A DNA stretch of 54,569 nt, counting the filler, from Circinaria calcarea (Eukaryota): NCBI GenBank assembly GCA_051942165.1. It is 2 parts of 2 records of this genome, joined end to end, with 100 filler letters (N's around TTAATTAATTAA, not from the genome) between each part and the next. Parts side by side here need not be neighbours in the genome. Positions count along the whole stretch, not along the records: positions 1 to 27,279 come from JAVECS010000068.1; 1 more part is not named here. One strand, written 5' to 3'. Position numbers and translations under genes: made by a program. Under the pieces are notes generated by a model, which worked only from the letters and a program-made list of their open reading frames with translations, searched no databases and had not been told where the DNA came from. Below are positions 13,148 through 25,860 of this stretch, piece after piece. Within the stretch, counting starts at the first letter, position 1; each line of letters starts with the position of its first letter.

Positions 13148-13963
13148 CTATGGCCATTGACGACGAGAAGTTGATATCGTGGGGGATTCTGACGCCTCTG
13201 CGCCAGGCTGGAATGCCTGAAGCTCTGGCTCAATTGCTGAAATAGTTCCCAGCTTTTTTGTCTCGGCCAGAATGCGCTTTCTTTGATGGGAAGCACGAGA
13301 CATCCATTCCGAGTGCCTGCTCCCTGAATGCCTCGTGCTTACCACGGATCTGGTGCGACTCGAACGGGAGGAGGGTTTATAAAGCTCACCTGTCTCTGCC
13401 AATTCCTTGTTGACCTCCCTCTGCCTCTTCTCGATCTCCGCAGCACTACGCCCGAATGGGTCTATGAATGCAAGGAGATTATAAGAGTTGGATTCAGACA
13501 AAGAAGGATATACCACAGACGCAATAGGGTCTTGTCGGTCCGTGGGCGAAGACTCGACCGCTGGAACGCGACGTCGACGTTTTCCGATAGGGATAGCATT
13601 CGCCCCACTCATAAAGAAAGGCTGCCCCCCGTTGTTGTAAGCAGAATGCGAGTTTCGCCCTTGCCCAAGCCCGCGATTAACGATTGTTGATGTCTCCGGT
13701 TCTTTCCCGGAATCTGGGGCCAAAGACGTTTGCTTCAGTCCTTCTATAACCTGCTGATGCAATGCTTCGGGGTCATGCATCAAATCATGGATGCTAGCAA
13801 CCATCTCCAGCTGCACATCTGCAAAGTCCTTAGCGTCTTGAGACTCTGCGACCTCATCGGAGACGTCATCGTCACCAACGCTCTCAGCGCCCATGTCTTC
13901 AATACCGCCATACATGTATGTATCGTCGTCATTGGAAAAATTGGAGCAGCGTATCGAGAACAT
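13148..13963 (-). CDS. Hypothetical protein (acidic N-terminal part, Ser/Arg-rich C-terminal part), possibly the 3' part of a decayed gene
   Basis: 271-aa ORF with protein-like composition. A TATATATA lies at 14461-14468 upstream, but the intervening frames are closed. No family recognised. Confidence 0.4.
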   Translation of the reverse strand: MFSIRCSNFSNDDDTYMYGGIEDMGAESVGDDDVSDEVAESQDAKDFADVQLEMVASIHDLMHDPEALHQQVIEGLKQTSLAPDSGKEPETSTIVNRGLGQGRNSHSAYNNGGQPFFMSGANAIPIGKRRRRVPAVESSPTDRQDPIASVVYPSLSESNSYNLLAFIDPFGRSAAEIEKRQREVNKELAETGELYKPSSRSSRTRSVVSTRHSGSRHSEWMSRASHQRKRILAETKKLGTISAIEPELQAFQPGAEASESPTISTSRRQWP

Positions 13964-14872
13964 CCGCTCATCCTCTAATACTGCCCAATAGCATGCCTAC
14001 AGCCAGAGAAGGATCCCATGTGCTTGGCTCGAGGGATATGGAGACGACCATCGTACTACATCTGATTGCTATGTAGGTATTATTGGCGAGAAGCCTTCTC
14101 TAAGTCTCCTCTAATGTGTCCGAGGCTGTCCCAGCACTACAGAAACCTCCCGAAATGGCGACTTCTCTCGTTGCCCTCACCATCATGCATTCATTCTTTG
14201 GAAGCTATTTTCCCGGTCGTACTGGCATTGACGGGAACTCCGAAAAGGGTAGGTACCTTCCTACAAGCGATGTCTAAAGAGGGGGGCTTTGCAGGGAGGG
14301 CATTGCACGCCATGTATATGGCTTTGGTCTTTGGGAAAAGAGAAGGGCTCTAGGAATAGATAGATCGTAAGAGGTGGGCATCGGACGTCAGGAGCCGGAT
14401 ACGCAAGGCACTGCCAAAGAAGCTGTGTTGCTTGGGCTGCCAATTGAGTGCTAGATCCTGTATATATAAAACTAAACCTCTGTGGCTAAATCGAGTCTGC
14501 AGCCAAGATGCGACGTGGGAATACGTGAAAATGCACTAAGACTCTGGGCGAGGTTCTCCGCACACACGATGTTCCCTAACCTCGACAGCGATCGTTCAAA
14601 TACAGCAGTGGGCCTTTTGTGCAAAGTGTTACTCAGGTTGCAAATTGTTAAAAGCGTATTCCTATTTCCCTAAATAGAATTTCTTCGTAATATAGAGAAA
14701 AGCGATCCTGCAATCTTGTATAAGTACGGTACTTCCCCGGCCAAAGGTGCGCAATCTATTCACTTATTTTTTCCCTATGCCGCCATATCGCAATCCCTCT
14801 TGCTGATCTTACCAAATGCCTTTCTCTTTATCTTGCCCAGAACCCCTCTCTTTAATAATACATCGGTTCTCC

Positions 14873-15400
14873 TTATATTAGCCCGCCTAATATCACCTTA
14901 CCGAACTCTCCGTCGCGCGACTTATCCAAGTCAGCTTCGCTGTTCTTGAGCTCTTCGGCCAATGCATCTAGCTCGTCATAGCAACACCCCAAGTCGTCCC
15001 AATCCTCGTCAAAATCCTCGTATACGCTTAGAAATCCCTCAGCTTTGTACTCCGCCGCAATCGATTCCAATTGCTTTAGCTTGGGATTTTCGGGCATCGC
15101 CACAGGAGACTCAGCCTCCTCGAGCTCTTCATGTTTGATTTTATGGATGAATTGAGCATAGGCAGCATCCCCAGTTTATATCATCAAGTCCTGGTTTTAT
15201 TATATCTTTTGATATAAGGCGAGTAAGTCCTGATACTCGAGAGTTTTCTGACGATGGTTTTAGAGAGATTTCTCCTCGGCTCTGTGATTTTTCGCCTTCT
15301 CTCGTGCTGCAGCGATTTTTTCATCTAGTTTACTATTCTCTGCTTCGATTTCAACCGTTTCTTCTTTCAGTTTATCAGTCGCTTCCCGTAGCAGCCGTTA
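14873..15400 (-). pseudogene. Coiled-coil/acidic protein pseudogene with in-frame TAA stops
   Basis: One frame reads LREATDKLKEETVEIEAENSKLDEK...EEKSL*NHRQK...YQKI**NQDLMI*TGD and continues into the 14873-15103 ORF. The four stops are all TAA. Confidence 0.55.
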
Positions 15401-16010
15401 GAGTGGGATACGTTGGGTCTGGTAAAATAGCTGGACGGCTTAGGCTGCGGATAACTTGGGATGCTTGCTTTTGGCTCGACATGATGCCTCTTTTTTTGTG
15501 GCAAAGACAAGTCCAAATCTGCAGGAGAGAAGAAGCCAAGAAGGGAGATCAAGGGCTTTTGAGCTTTAAGAAGGAGAATTGTGATCTAGTTGCTTGGAAT
15601 ATCTCGTTGCTATATGTATTGATGGATATATCAAAATGCTCATCTCTCAAAGACTATAAACCGTTGTAGCAGAGAAGTCTCGACTATAGGGGCATAATAC
15701 ACTCAAAGTGGCAAAATTAAGCGCGGTATATGCCTTACTGTGCGTAACGTTGAGCTCATATTCACTATCTACCCTATTCTAACTACCACCTCCAAACAGG
15801 TGGATTTCACGCTATGGTCCAAGCTCCGTATCGCTCGCCTACTGCCCACAAATTCATCATCACAATCATCAAGACTTGACATCAACCAACACTACGATCA
15901 TCATCAGTCGTTGACTTTTGAAGCCTTTGGCCTGTTACGATCAACTGTCAAGACTTTTACTTTACCTCTGCTTATTCTATTCAATTATCGTGTCGAACAT
16001 CAAAGAAGAC

Positions 16011-17272
16011 ATGGATTCGGAGGAGTACTTCAACAGGCTTATGGTGGATGATGGAGCACCAATAAGCCCAGATCTCCTGGTAAGGCCTGGAGACCCCCTT
16101 TACATTGAGTGGGACGACCAAGCCACCAATTCCGCAGAGTCTCGGGCCTTGGGAGGTGCTCCTGCCGCTGCTGCCGCTGCTCCTGCTGGTCCAGCTGGTC
16201 CAGCTCCTGCTCCTGCTGCGCCTGCTCCTGCTGCTCGTGCTCCTGTGCCGGCTCCTGCACCTGCTGCTGCTTCTCCTGCGCCTGCGCCTGCCGCAGATCA
16301 GAGGCGACGACGAACGCGGTCTCGTCGTGGTGGCAATTCCTCTCATGGTGGCGGGGATGCCCGGGTGATGAGAATACCCATGGCGGTAGAGACGCTCGTG
16401 GTGGTGAGCGCTCTGTTCGTGGTGGTAGGGATGCTCGCGGTGGCGAGAACGTTCGTGGAGGTGAGAATGCTCGTGGTAGTGGCGGGAATGTCCGTGGTGG
16501 TGCACCTCCACCTCCTCCTCAACCTGCTCGTCGAGGTCCTGGTCCTCAAGGTCCTCCTCCCCGCAATGCTCCTCGCCAGGCTCCTGCTCTTCGGGCCCCT
16601 CCTCCTCAGGCCCAAGCAGAGTTCAGAATTCGAGGTCGAGCTGCTGTTGCTCCCGCGCTCCCCCCTTCGTCTGGTCCTGCGGTTCCGGTGCTCAGTGGTG
16701 AGCAATATGTCTTCCTCGAGATGGCCCGGATGCTTCAGCAACAGGGACAAGGGGCACCAGCACCGGCACCAGCACCAGTTCCGTTGCCGACTATAGAAAG
16801 AAGCCCGACGGCTCGAGAAGAGCGTCGTGGTCGAAGTAGATATACTTCGGGTCGATCAAGTCGACGTTCTTCTTCACGAGAGCGGTCTCGATCTCCTGAG
16901 ACGCGGTCTCGGTCTCGGTCTCAATCTCGTTCTCGTTCTAGATACTCTGATCGAGGTCATCGAAATCACTCTCCACGATATCGATCATCACGATGTCGAT
17001 CACCATCATGGTCGCCAGATCGTCCAAGGGCGCGCCGTCGATCCCCTTTACCGCAACGATCGCGAGGGCAATATATGATGCTACCTCCGGCGTATATACC
17101 TCAACGACCAGTTGTTCCCAGTGTTCAATGGCGTGCACCGGCCTTAGAAGACGCGAGAAGGCCAGCACCATCGTCAACCCCTCGTGCCCCTGCAGCCTTC
17201 GCTAGGCGTTCGGCCGAAGGACAAGAGCATTGGGTTCAAGGCCAGCGGGCTAGACAGCATTTAGTTAGATAA
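16011..17272 (+). pseudogene. Low-complexity Pro/Ala-, RGG- and RS-repeat protein, frameshifted near 16362
   Basis: MDSEEYF... with an AP-rich tract in one frame. One extra G at GATGCCCGGG|TGATGAG would continue into DENTHGGRDARGG...(RGG)n, a Pro-rich region and an RSRSRS tract in the 16109-17272 frame. Confidence 0.55.
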
Positions 17273-18088
17273 CGCGGAGCGTCAGTTAGCAGAAGTTCGA
17301 GCCGCTTTTGCTACTGCAGAGGCTCGACATCAGGAAAGGAGTGCTCGAGCGCTTATATTTCCGACATCTCCGCCGGCGATAGAGAGCCAGGCATCGCCTT
17401 CGTCCAGTTTGGTGGTAAGTCAGGCACTGTCTGACAGGATGGATGTCGATATCCCGGAGTAATCAGCGGCATCCAGGCCATCCACCGCGTTAGTAAGGAA
17501 TACGGGTCCGACGGACCGATTCCTAGCTCAGACACGCATAGGCAGTGCTGTTCAGCAAGCAAATAGCCATCACGAATAATGGGAGAGGGTCTATAATCTC
17601 CTATCACCCTCTCTGCAACCTGGCGACCCGGCATTGCACACTTTGCAGGCAAGACTGCACAGGGAGGGTCCTTATTGCCGCGGCTGCCAATACAGCCATG
17701 AGGGAAGCATACGAAACTTTGCGGACTACTCCCGACGCAGGTGTGGCAGGTGTTGTGCGAGGAATGAAAGCCCAATGAATGGGTTGATGGAACAACATCG
17801 AGCTTGGCGGCAGAACAGCAATGCCTTGCTTATAAGCCACTTCGACGCGATTGAATCTCTTGTCAGACGCGATCTGACTATGCAAGCCCTTATGAGACGC
17901 TGATCGATTTCTTAGCAGTCTCGGACTTGGCAATAGGTATTCGAGGGAAATTACGATGGAGAGAAGGGCTAATGAAACTTGCGTTGGTGAAGAGAAAGGC
18001 ATCATGTTTCTCTTGAAAATGGATATGATAAATGCGACCACGGTAACTTTATAAGAGCTGGGCTATGGAAATCGGCCTTTAAGATAAG

Positions 18089-18232
18089 TAACTTCCAAAA
18101 GAAGGGCTTGCTAACTATCCAGTTTCAACCCGGGGTTACTAACATAGCTATCGGACTCTAAGGTAGTAATTTTCAAGAGAAGGGCCACCCAACCAGACAG
18201 CTTCAACCGGGGTTACTAACATATCTATCGGA
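18089..18232. repeat. ~78-bp tandem duplication
   Basis: GAAGGGC...TTCAACC(C)GGGGTTACTAACATA.CTATCGGA occurs twice (~18089-18155, ~18167-18232). Confidence 0.75.
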
Positions 18233-18903
18233 TGGACTGGATACCGGCTTGATGGATGGCTAGAATAGACTAGAATTTGGTTACTTAAGATGGACTGGGG
18301 TTGGGCTGAATGAATGATCGGGAATCAACTTGCTGGCCGAATGCGTTCGATGAGATAACTAGGTAGAGACTCTGGTTTCATCATTAATACAAACGGGTTT
18401 TCTCAGACTAGTAGCATGCGTTGCTTCTGTAACTCTGTACAAGCAGGTCGATCTTTGCCTCCCATATTATTCACCCGCACATATCCCGACCTCCCGATCT
18501 AGACCTGCTTGCCACTCCTAATGTAATATCTGCACGCTGACTGTACAACCGTTCAAGATGCTGGAGCCCTCTATAGTTAGATCGTAGCATAACCTATGAA
18601 AAAGAGGTGGAGAAACGTAGACAAAAGGGCTTTAGACCCTTGACGAGATATCAATATCCAGGTGATGGCTTTCCCCAACCACCATAAGACAGACTATGAA
18701 GCTGTCCTGCCACCCACTAATAATTATAGTAAGCCCAAGTAGTTGGCCCAACTTTCAAGTAGAATTAGTGGGATTTGGGGATTTTAGAAGCTCTAAGCAC
18801 ACCCGCGCACAGGCTATGCGCGGGTATGTATAAGCTGTAGTCCTACGAAATTCAAAGGAATTGCCCTCCAAATGACAGGGAGAACTGTCTGCTATCATAT
18901 GCT

Positions 18904-19055
18904 TGTTGGAAGTCATAGGGCTTACCGAGCATGTGTTGCTAGGAGGTCCATGCTCAACACTCTCTACACTCCATAAAAGCACTTTTTCGTAGCATAGATA
19001 GTTCCTTAGTTACATACTCAGGTAGAAATGCCACCATACATTCTGCTGCCCAACA
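18904..19055. mobile_element. Solo LTR (152 bp), copy 2
   Basis: TGTTGG...CCAACA, near-identical to 546-698. Own 5-bp TSD ATGCT (18899-18903 / 19056-19060). Confidence 0.92.
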
Positions 19056-19062
19056 ATGCTAT

Positions 19063-19110
19063 GGGAGAGAAGGAGGGAGAGAAGGAGGGAGAGAAGGTAG
19101 GAGCGAAGGA
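19063..19110. repeat. 12-bp purine-rich repeat x4
   Basis: GGGAGAGAAGGA repeated, with the last copy degenerate. Confidence 0.8.
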
Positions 19111-19479
19111 GCGGTTAGCAGGTCTTGGGCCTTGATGCCGGTCCTCGACAAAAGCCTTAGAGGGCCAGGCAAACTTCTAGCATAGTAGTTACCAAAACCT
19201 CGGAAGATCCATATTATTACTATTAACGCAACAATCGTAACACATCCAGCTGAAAAGTCTTGTAAACGGTATATTGTCACGGGAGTCCACGCCTATGCAG
19301 AAGATGTGATGAATTGTTATTCTATCTAATATCCAAAGGGAGGAGCTCGGTGACAGGGCAGGGTAACAGGAATCTAGGGAAGAAGGCGGAAGTAGGGTTT
19401 ATCAAGTATACAGCAGATACCAAAAACACATGAATTTCTCTAACAGATTTTTTCGATTCCTCACCGATCGATTACCGCA

Positions 19480-21830
19480 GGAGCGATTGATAGAGCCCTA
19501 TTCGGGCACGCGATTAAGAGAGCCCCGGGCCTTCATAAGCTAACCTTCAAGATCCTGAGTCTGCTGTGGGAGTGGGATGCAAAAAGGATCGAATAGCTTA
19601 TTAGGCATTCAATCCGGCTGCAATATCACCCCAGAAGATGGAAATTGGTAGGAGGAGTCCTGTTTAAGAAAACGGGTAAGATACCATCGGTATATTAAAC
19701 GCCCAAAGGCTACCGCGTCATAAGCCTGCTCAGCTGTCTAGGGGAATGTAGTGGAGAAAACTGTGGCGGGAGAGCTGGCGATGATATGCGAGGCGGGCCT
19801 CAAACTGCACCAAGGACAAATGGGCGCCAGGAAGGAAGGTGCGTTATCAACGCCGTAGCAGCAATGCTACACAATGTCCAGGCCATATGGAGCCGGAAAG
19901 GCCTTGCGGAGCGCTTTTCATGGATGTAAAATTCGCTTTCGACCATGTCAACAGCGGTAAGCTGATAAACCGGATGCGGGAAATGGGAATCGATAATGAC
20001 CTAATATGTTGGACCAAATCCTTTCTCGCGGACCACCGAGTAGAACTCGTAATCGACGACGGGTGCATCAACCTGGAGAAGGCGGTGGAAATAGCAATAC
20101 CACAGAGGTCGTCCGTGTCGCTAATCCTATTCCTTATATACCTGAGGGGAGTGTTCACTGCAGTGGAGGCAGTACCACCAGAGGTCACCTCCTCGATCTT
20201 TCGTGAATGATCTGGGATCCATAGCCGAAGGAGGATCTGAAGCAGAATCTCCGCCACACTAGAATTAGTGGGCGAGGCGGTGATTCAATAGGGATTAGGA
20301 AAAAGCCATGGGCTATATGATGTGGAGAAGACAGAAACAGTTCTATTTACCAGAGCCAAAGCAGCTAACAGAAGAAAAATAATTCGGGGTGCTAAATTCA
20401 AAAAGTCCCTAAAGAGGTGTCGTTCAACGAAAGGGCGATCAGGTAGCTAGGGGTGTTTAGAGACTCCGGGCTCGAACTAGGCGCCTATTACGAGCACCGA
20501 ACGTGGAAGGCGAAGGCCGCGCAGATGGGGCTGAGAAGAATCGTGGGCACGTATGGGCTGGCGCGCAGGATACGCTTCACTGAATGCCAGGCAAGGAGGG
20601 TACGGGGGAAGGCTTAGGAGCATACCAGACGGCTACCCAACCAAGGAAATCCTGCCAATCACCTCAAGAAAAGGAGACGGGGCAGCTCAACCAGGGAAGC
20701 AGCCAATCGATGATACCGATTGGGCAGGAAAGAGTCAAAACACATTGAGCCACCATCTAGCAAGACCCATGGCTGCTCAAGGCGGCATTGACCCCGCAGA
20801 AGGAGTGGAACCAGTGGTAGAACCCGGCCAAAAGAGTTTCCAGGGGAGATTATCATACCCCCCACGAGCAAGTGCTCGAAGCGGCGAAGCAACCACGGCC
20901 AGGCCTAGTGCTTTGGTCACGTGGTTCGAGGCTAGAGCACGGTGGAGTAAGGGCAGAAGCTGCATGGAAGTGAGGTTCAGCCTAGTGGACATGCAGAACT
21001 TCGCTAGGCAAAAAGCAAAGGGATTTTGGACGGCAGAGCTCCGGGGTGTTGTCAGAAGCCAAGCCCTAAAAGTAAAAAGTACCGCTGAATATAGCAAGAA
21101 ATAAACAAACAATCGCCATCTTCCTCGACTCGCAAGCGGCGATCAAAGAAGTGCGAGATAGGAGCAGTGGAGCTGGGCAGACCATAGACGCACAGATCCA
21201 TGACAAGACTCAATGGCTTATGGATAGGGTCCACGCAGTAGCTGTAGAGTACAGTGGATCCCCGGACACACAGGGGTGGAAGGAATGAGGTAGCGGACCG
21301 GGCAGCAAAACAGGCCGCGGAAGGTAAAGGGAGAAAAGCGGTAGGGTGGAGCTCTATCGCGCACGTGAGACGCAGGGCCACGGAAACGCTGGCAAAGGAA
21401 ACGAAACACTGACTTCAAACGAGCACAGATAAAAAGGAACGCGAGGCGTGGCGTGTTCTACACACCGCCCCGGAGGAAACGAATAGACCTTAAGTTGGCA
21501 AGGCTCCAAAGTCGCTAACAGGAAGATCCTCCACCTGAAATCAGGGCACGCAGTTGTAGGTACCTACCTGCATAGGATAAAGACGGCAGAGGGACAGAAG
21601 CTGCGGCTAGTGTAGAGCGACAGAACAGTTGGTGCACCATATTCGATTGGGCTGCAGAAATTGGAGGAGGGAGAGGAGGATGCTGAAGGGAACGCTGGCC
21701 GAAGCCAAGCCCGACTGGCCGATAGCGCCGGGCAAGAAATGGCTGGGGGACCTGATGGGTATGAAAGTGGCAGTGGTCCCACTGCTGGAATACCTAAAAA
21801 AACATTGAGGTAGGAAGAAAAGAAGGACCG
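19480..21830 (+). mobile_element. Degenerate, 5'-truncated non-LTR retrotransposon (LINE, Tad1-like): RT + RNase H remnants
   Basis: Fragments across frames: APGLHKLTFKILSLLWEWD, YRVISLLSCLG, LHQGQMGARK, GALFMDVKFAFDHV...WTKSFLADHRVELVID, IPQRSSVSLILFLIYL (RT), ILPITSRKGDGAAQPG, IFLDSQAA and QWIPGHTGVEGNEVADRAAKQAA (RNase H). Many stops and frameshifts. Confidence 0.92.
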
Positions 21831-21868
21831 GCGGAGAGAGACAAGACATGGGGAGAAAGGCGGGATAG

Positions 21869-22384
<516 letters not shown>

Positions 22385-24741
22385 TAATCCTTTTGCGGAG
22401 CGAAAGAAGTCCGGAGGTAGCGCTTGAGCCAAAATATACTGCGCATTATAAAGCTCATTAATCAACACCATTTGAAAACCGGTCTTGCTGAAAGGGCCAC
22501 AAAATGAGCCTGATATTATGTATTATGATTTGAGCGCTGTAAGGTGTTTCCATTGGTAGTGCCTCCAGTGTAGGAATGATGGCTACGGATGACACCCTGT
22601 AGAATAGCGTGCCATATAATACTTCTACAGCGCGTGGAGAAGGAAACGGGGAAACAGCGCTGGTTGGGCGGCCTTTGGCTCCATTTCTCAGCCATCACCT
22701 TGTAAGGTTATGCTGATTGGAAACCCCAGGCTTTACGCTCTTGGTTCCTTCGTTCTCCTAATCTACTTTTTCGAGTGTCCTCAGCAGTAGTCTCATCGTA
22801 CCGGTGTTAAGCCTGGGGTGGTGGAGAATGCCTCCAGTGACTTATGATATAAATACTAAACTCCTTAACCAAATTTTAGTTTCTGCTACCCCTAATTATT
22901 TATGTTGATCAAAGATGGAGGCCGTCAAACGACTAATATAAGACGGGAAGGATATTCTATGTGCGCTCCTGCAGTAACAGCTTAGTATTATACCGCGGAA
23001 CGACTACCGTTGTTCATCTGAATACTCTGGGGGCATCCGCGTCAGCTAGTCGAAACTCGTCCTTGGTTAATAGGTGGATAATGGTCTGCTTCAGCGCTAT
23101 GGAAATATACAACTTTTCGGAATTATAATAGTGGAGAGGTCCCGCCGTAAGTATGTCTTAAAGCAAACGTCTGGAGGGTTTGCACAACTTATCAAGTTTT
23201 CTTCGAGGCTCCCCAAAACGGGAAAGATGCTTCGACATCCGTAAATTTGGTAATAGCCTCCCTCCCTCTTCGCGACGACAAATCGGAAACCGATGGACTC
23301 GACTAGATTAGGATAATTCTTGGCATTTTTTATAAGATATTATCGGCGACGGCGACCCAAGTTTCCTTTGGCAACATAAGAGCTATCGAAAACCGAAACG
23401 GCTTCGGGGCATGTATTGGAAATGGAGACTGACAATGCCTTCGCCGCAGCTGAGGAATATGTGGATGACTATTCAAGGGTTTAAAAAGTCAACTATTGGG
23501 GCACGACACTCTTCCCTTTGACTCCTCGATATTGCTGAGTACGCCGAAGCTCTCCCATGGCTGTGGTAGTGCCCCGCCCCGAGGGATGGGTACATGTAAC
23601 CGCTTAGCCGGATCTCTCTCTCGGGCTATCACGGAGTACCATTCCAACCTTCGCAGCGAGCTGGAAGCGGCCGGGGGTCTCCGCCTTAGCGCTGTGCTAT
23701 TACGAAGTACTCCGTACCCCTCACTACAGTAGGCTACCGCTTCTAGCGCCAACATCGGCCTTGCTAGCGGCAATAGTCTTGCTTCTTACCTGATGAAGCA
23801 CGGAAGGAGAGCAAGGACAAGAAACCTGTGTGTGTGGTTTTGTGTGGGCAAAGTCAGCTTAATCCTATAGCACAGAAATGTGCAAGTCAGCGGCCCCCAA
23901 CGGTATGCAGAATCACTCCTCGGCTTTCCATGAATCCTCCCCTCCATTGGTGGACTCAGTTCCAGCACTTGGCAGCATCCCTGGGCGATTGGTTTGAAAC
24001 ATTCCTTCGTGAATGTTTTGTCCTCCAAAGTCACCCGACGCAGTGCTCACCACATTGTCGATACCTCTCTAGTAGCTTACCTACCCCATGATGCGCCAGA
24101 TAGGCCACAGGACAAAACCAACGAAAAGGAGACTTCGAAAGCCGCAAACGGGGGGTAATATAAGAAGAGGTGCTTGCTGGCTGGGAGTTTTCCCTCCCCA
24201 TGCCGTTCCTCTCCCCTCGCTACTCCTTTGCATTTCCAAACAGCAATCCTGAGCATATCCTCCTCTACCTTTCCCTCTCAACATTCGTCATGCACTTCTC
24301 CTAACTCCCCCTACCGACCCGTGCCTTGTCGGTGTTCACACCTCAGCCCTTCCAAAGCCTGCCCAATCCAGCTCTGCTCTCCCAATTGACTTCCTAGTCA
24401 TGGGTCTCCTCCTCCTGGTGCTCGGCCGCCGGTTGTGTACTACTCGGCCTCCCGATGTTCTCGATAGGCTCGAATGAGTGTAAGTGTCTTTCACGGTAGT
24501 ATACTAGGGGAACTAACCTTTGACACAGCGTGCTCTATGTGTCTGCATCTTGGCCATTGTAAGAGTTTCCCCCTGAGGTCAAAAAAAATACTGGTTTCGG
24601 GAGGAGGGAAGTGCTGATGCTGTGGTGAAATTACTAGGCCGCCATCTGGTCGAAGTAATAGTAGCCGACTTATATGACTATATGAGGGGAGAACGAATTT
24701 GCTTCTATTTGGAGCTAATACTAACGCTATATAGGTCCGCA

Positions 24742-25700
24742 ATGCCTCCCCCTCTGTCTCTCGAGCAAGGAACACGAATCCATTCCTGCCCCAATCAGGT
24801 CGAACTCCCGAATCGATTACTATTGCGGAGGTTGCATCGACAGAACCGTACGCACTATTCGAACGAATTTGCGTATGTTTGGAGCGCCAACCGCTCCACC
24901 TACAGCCTCGCCACGCCGCCCTCGCCGACTGGCTCCCGGGATGGAAGCTGGTTTACGGACATTTCTAGAGGCTAGACATAGGGCCTTAAAAGGATGAGGG
25001 TCAATAGGAAAAATTTGAAACGAGCGGCTGAAAAAAGATCTCGATCGGTGAGAGACAATTATACCCTCCAGACGGGCCGTTACAGTGCTCATCAGTTTGT
25101 ATTCTTGGGTGAGAGTGCTGCCAATGAGCACACGAAAGACCGTAAATATGGATGGAGCTCCTTCGGAGTGTCTCCTACTGTTGTACGCCCGGTTAAACGG
25201 TCAAAGAGGTGGAGTTTTTTGCCGGCATATACCATCAATGACATCCTTTGCCATTATATGCATCAAGGCTCGATTACTGGTACTCGGTACGAGTGGTTTC
25301 TTCGAGAGGAAGTCCTCCCGCGCTGTAAACCGTTTCCGGGGGCAAGATCTATGCTAGTAATGGATAATGCATCTGTTCATCACTCTGAGGTATGTCTTGC
25401 CCTTTCATATGTACCGTTTACTAACTAGTCTGTTAGGAAGTTTGACTCCTTTGCGAGGACGCCGGCGTTCTGCTCCTTTCTCTTCCTCCTTACTCCCCCG
25501 GACTACAACCCAATCGAGGAGCTCTTTCCGGTCATCAAGCACTGAATGAAACGCCATTTCGAACTCGCCGATACTATGGAATATCACCTCTTTATAGAGG
25601 AAGCCGTTCGAGCCTGCCACAGGCCTCATTTCGCCAAGGGACACTTCCCCCATGCCGGCATTGCTTGTGGAAGAATTGGAGGAGGATTGGGTGGATTAAA
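24742..25700 (+). mobile_element. Degenerate Tc1/IS630-family (DD34E) transposase with an intron
   Basis: FVFLGES (first Asp mutated to Gly), RKYGWS, RWSFLPA, QGSIT, PFPGARSMLVMDNASVH. GTATGT..CTAAC..TAG intron at 25390-25436, then EV*LLCEDAGV..LPPYSP/DYNPIE (stop plus +1 frameshift). 34 residues lie between D and E. Confidence 0.9.
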
Positions 25701-25860
25701 ACGGCAAGGATAATACGGAAGAGGATGGGGAAAACGAGGAGGATTACTAGAAATGGGTAGGGGGTGGGGCTGGCACGGTATATCAAAAGAGGATGATTAT
25801 ACTGCCATTCATTTTATGTATTATGTATAATACCATAGGAATGGATCTATATTACATGCT

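Noticed and set aside
546..19055. One 18.5-kb LTR element bounded by the two LTR copies and carrying the SNF2-like gene
   Set aside because: Each LTR has its own matching TSD on both sides, and no gag/pol is seen between them.
24280..24490. Possible chromodomain remnant of a Ty3/gypsy integrase on the minus strand (HD*EV...LWKG*G)
   Set aside because: Too degenerate, and no adjoining integrase or RT motifs could be confirmed.
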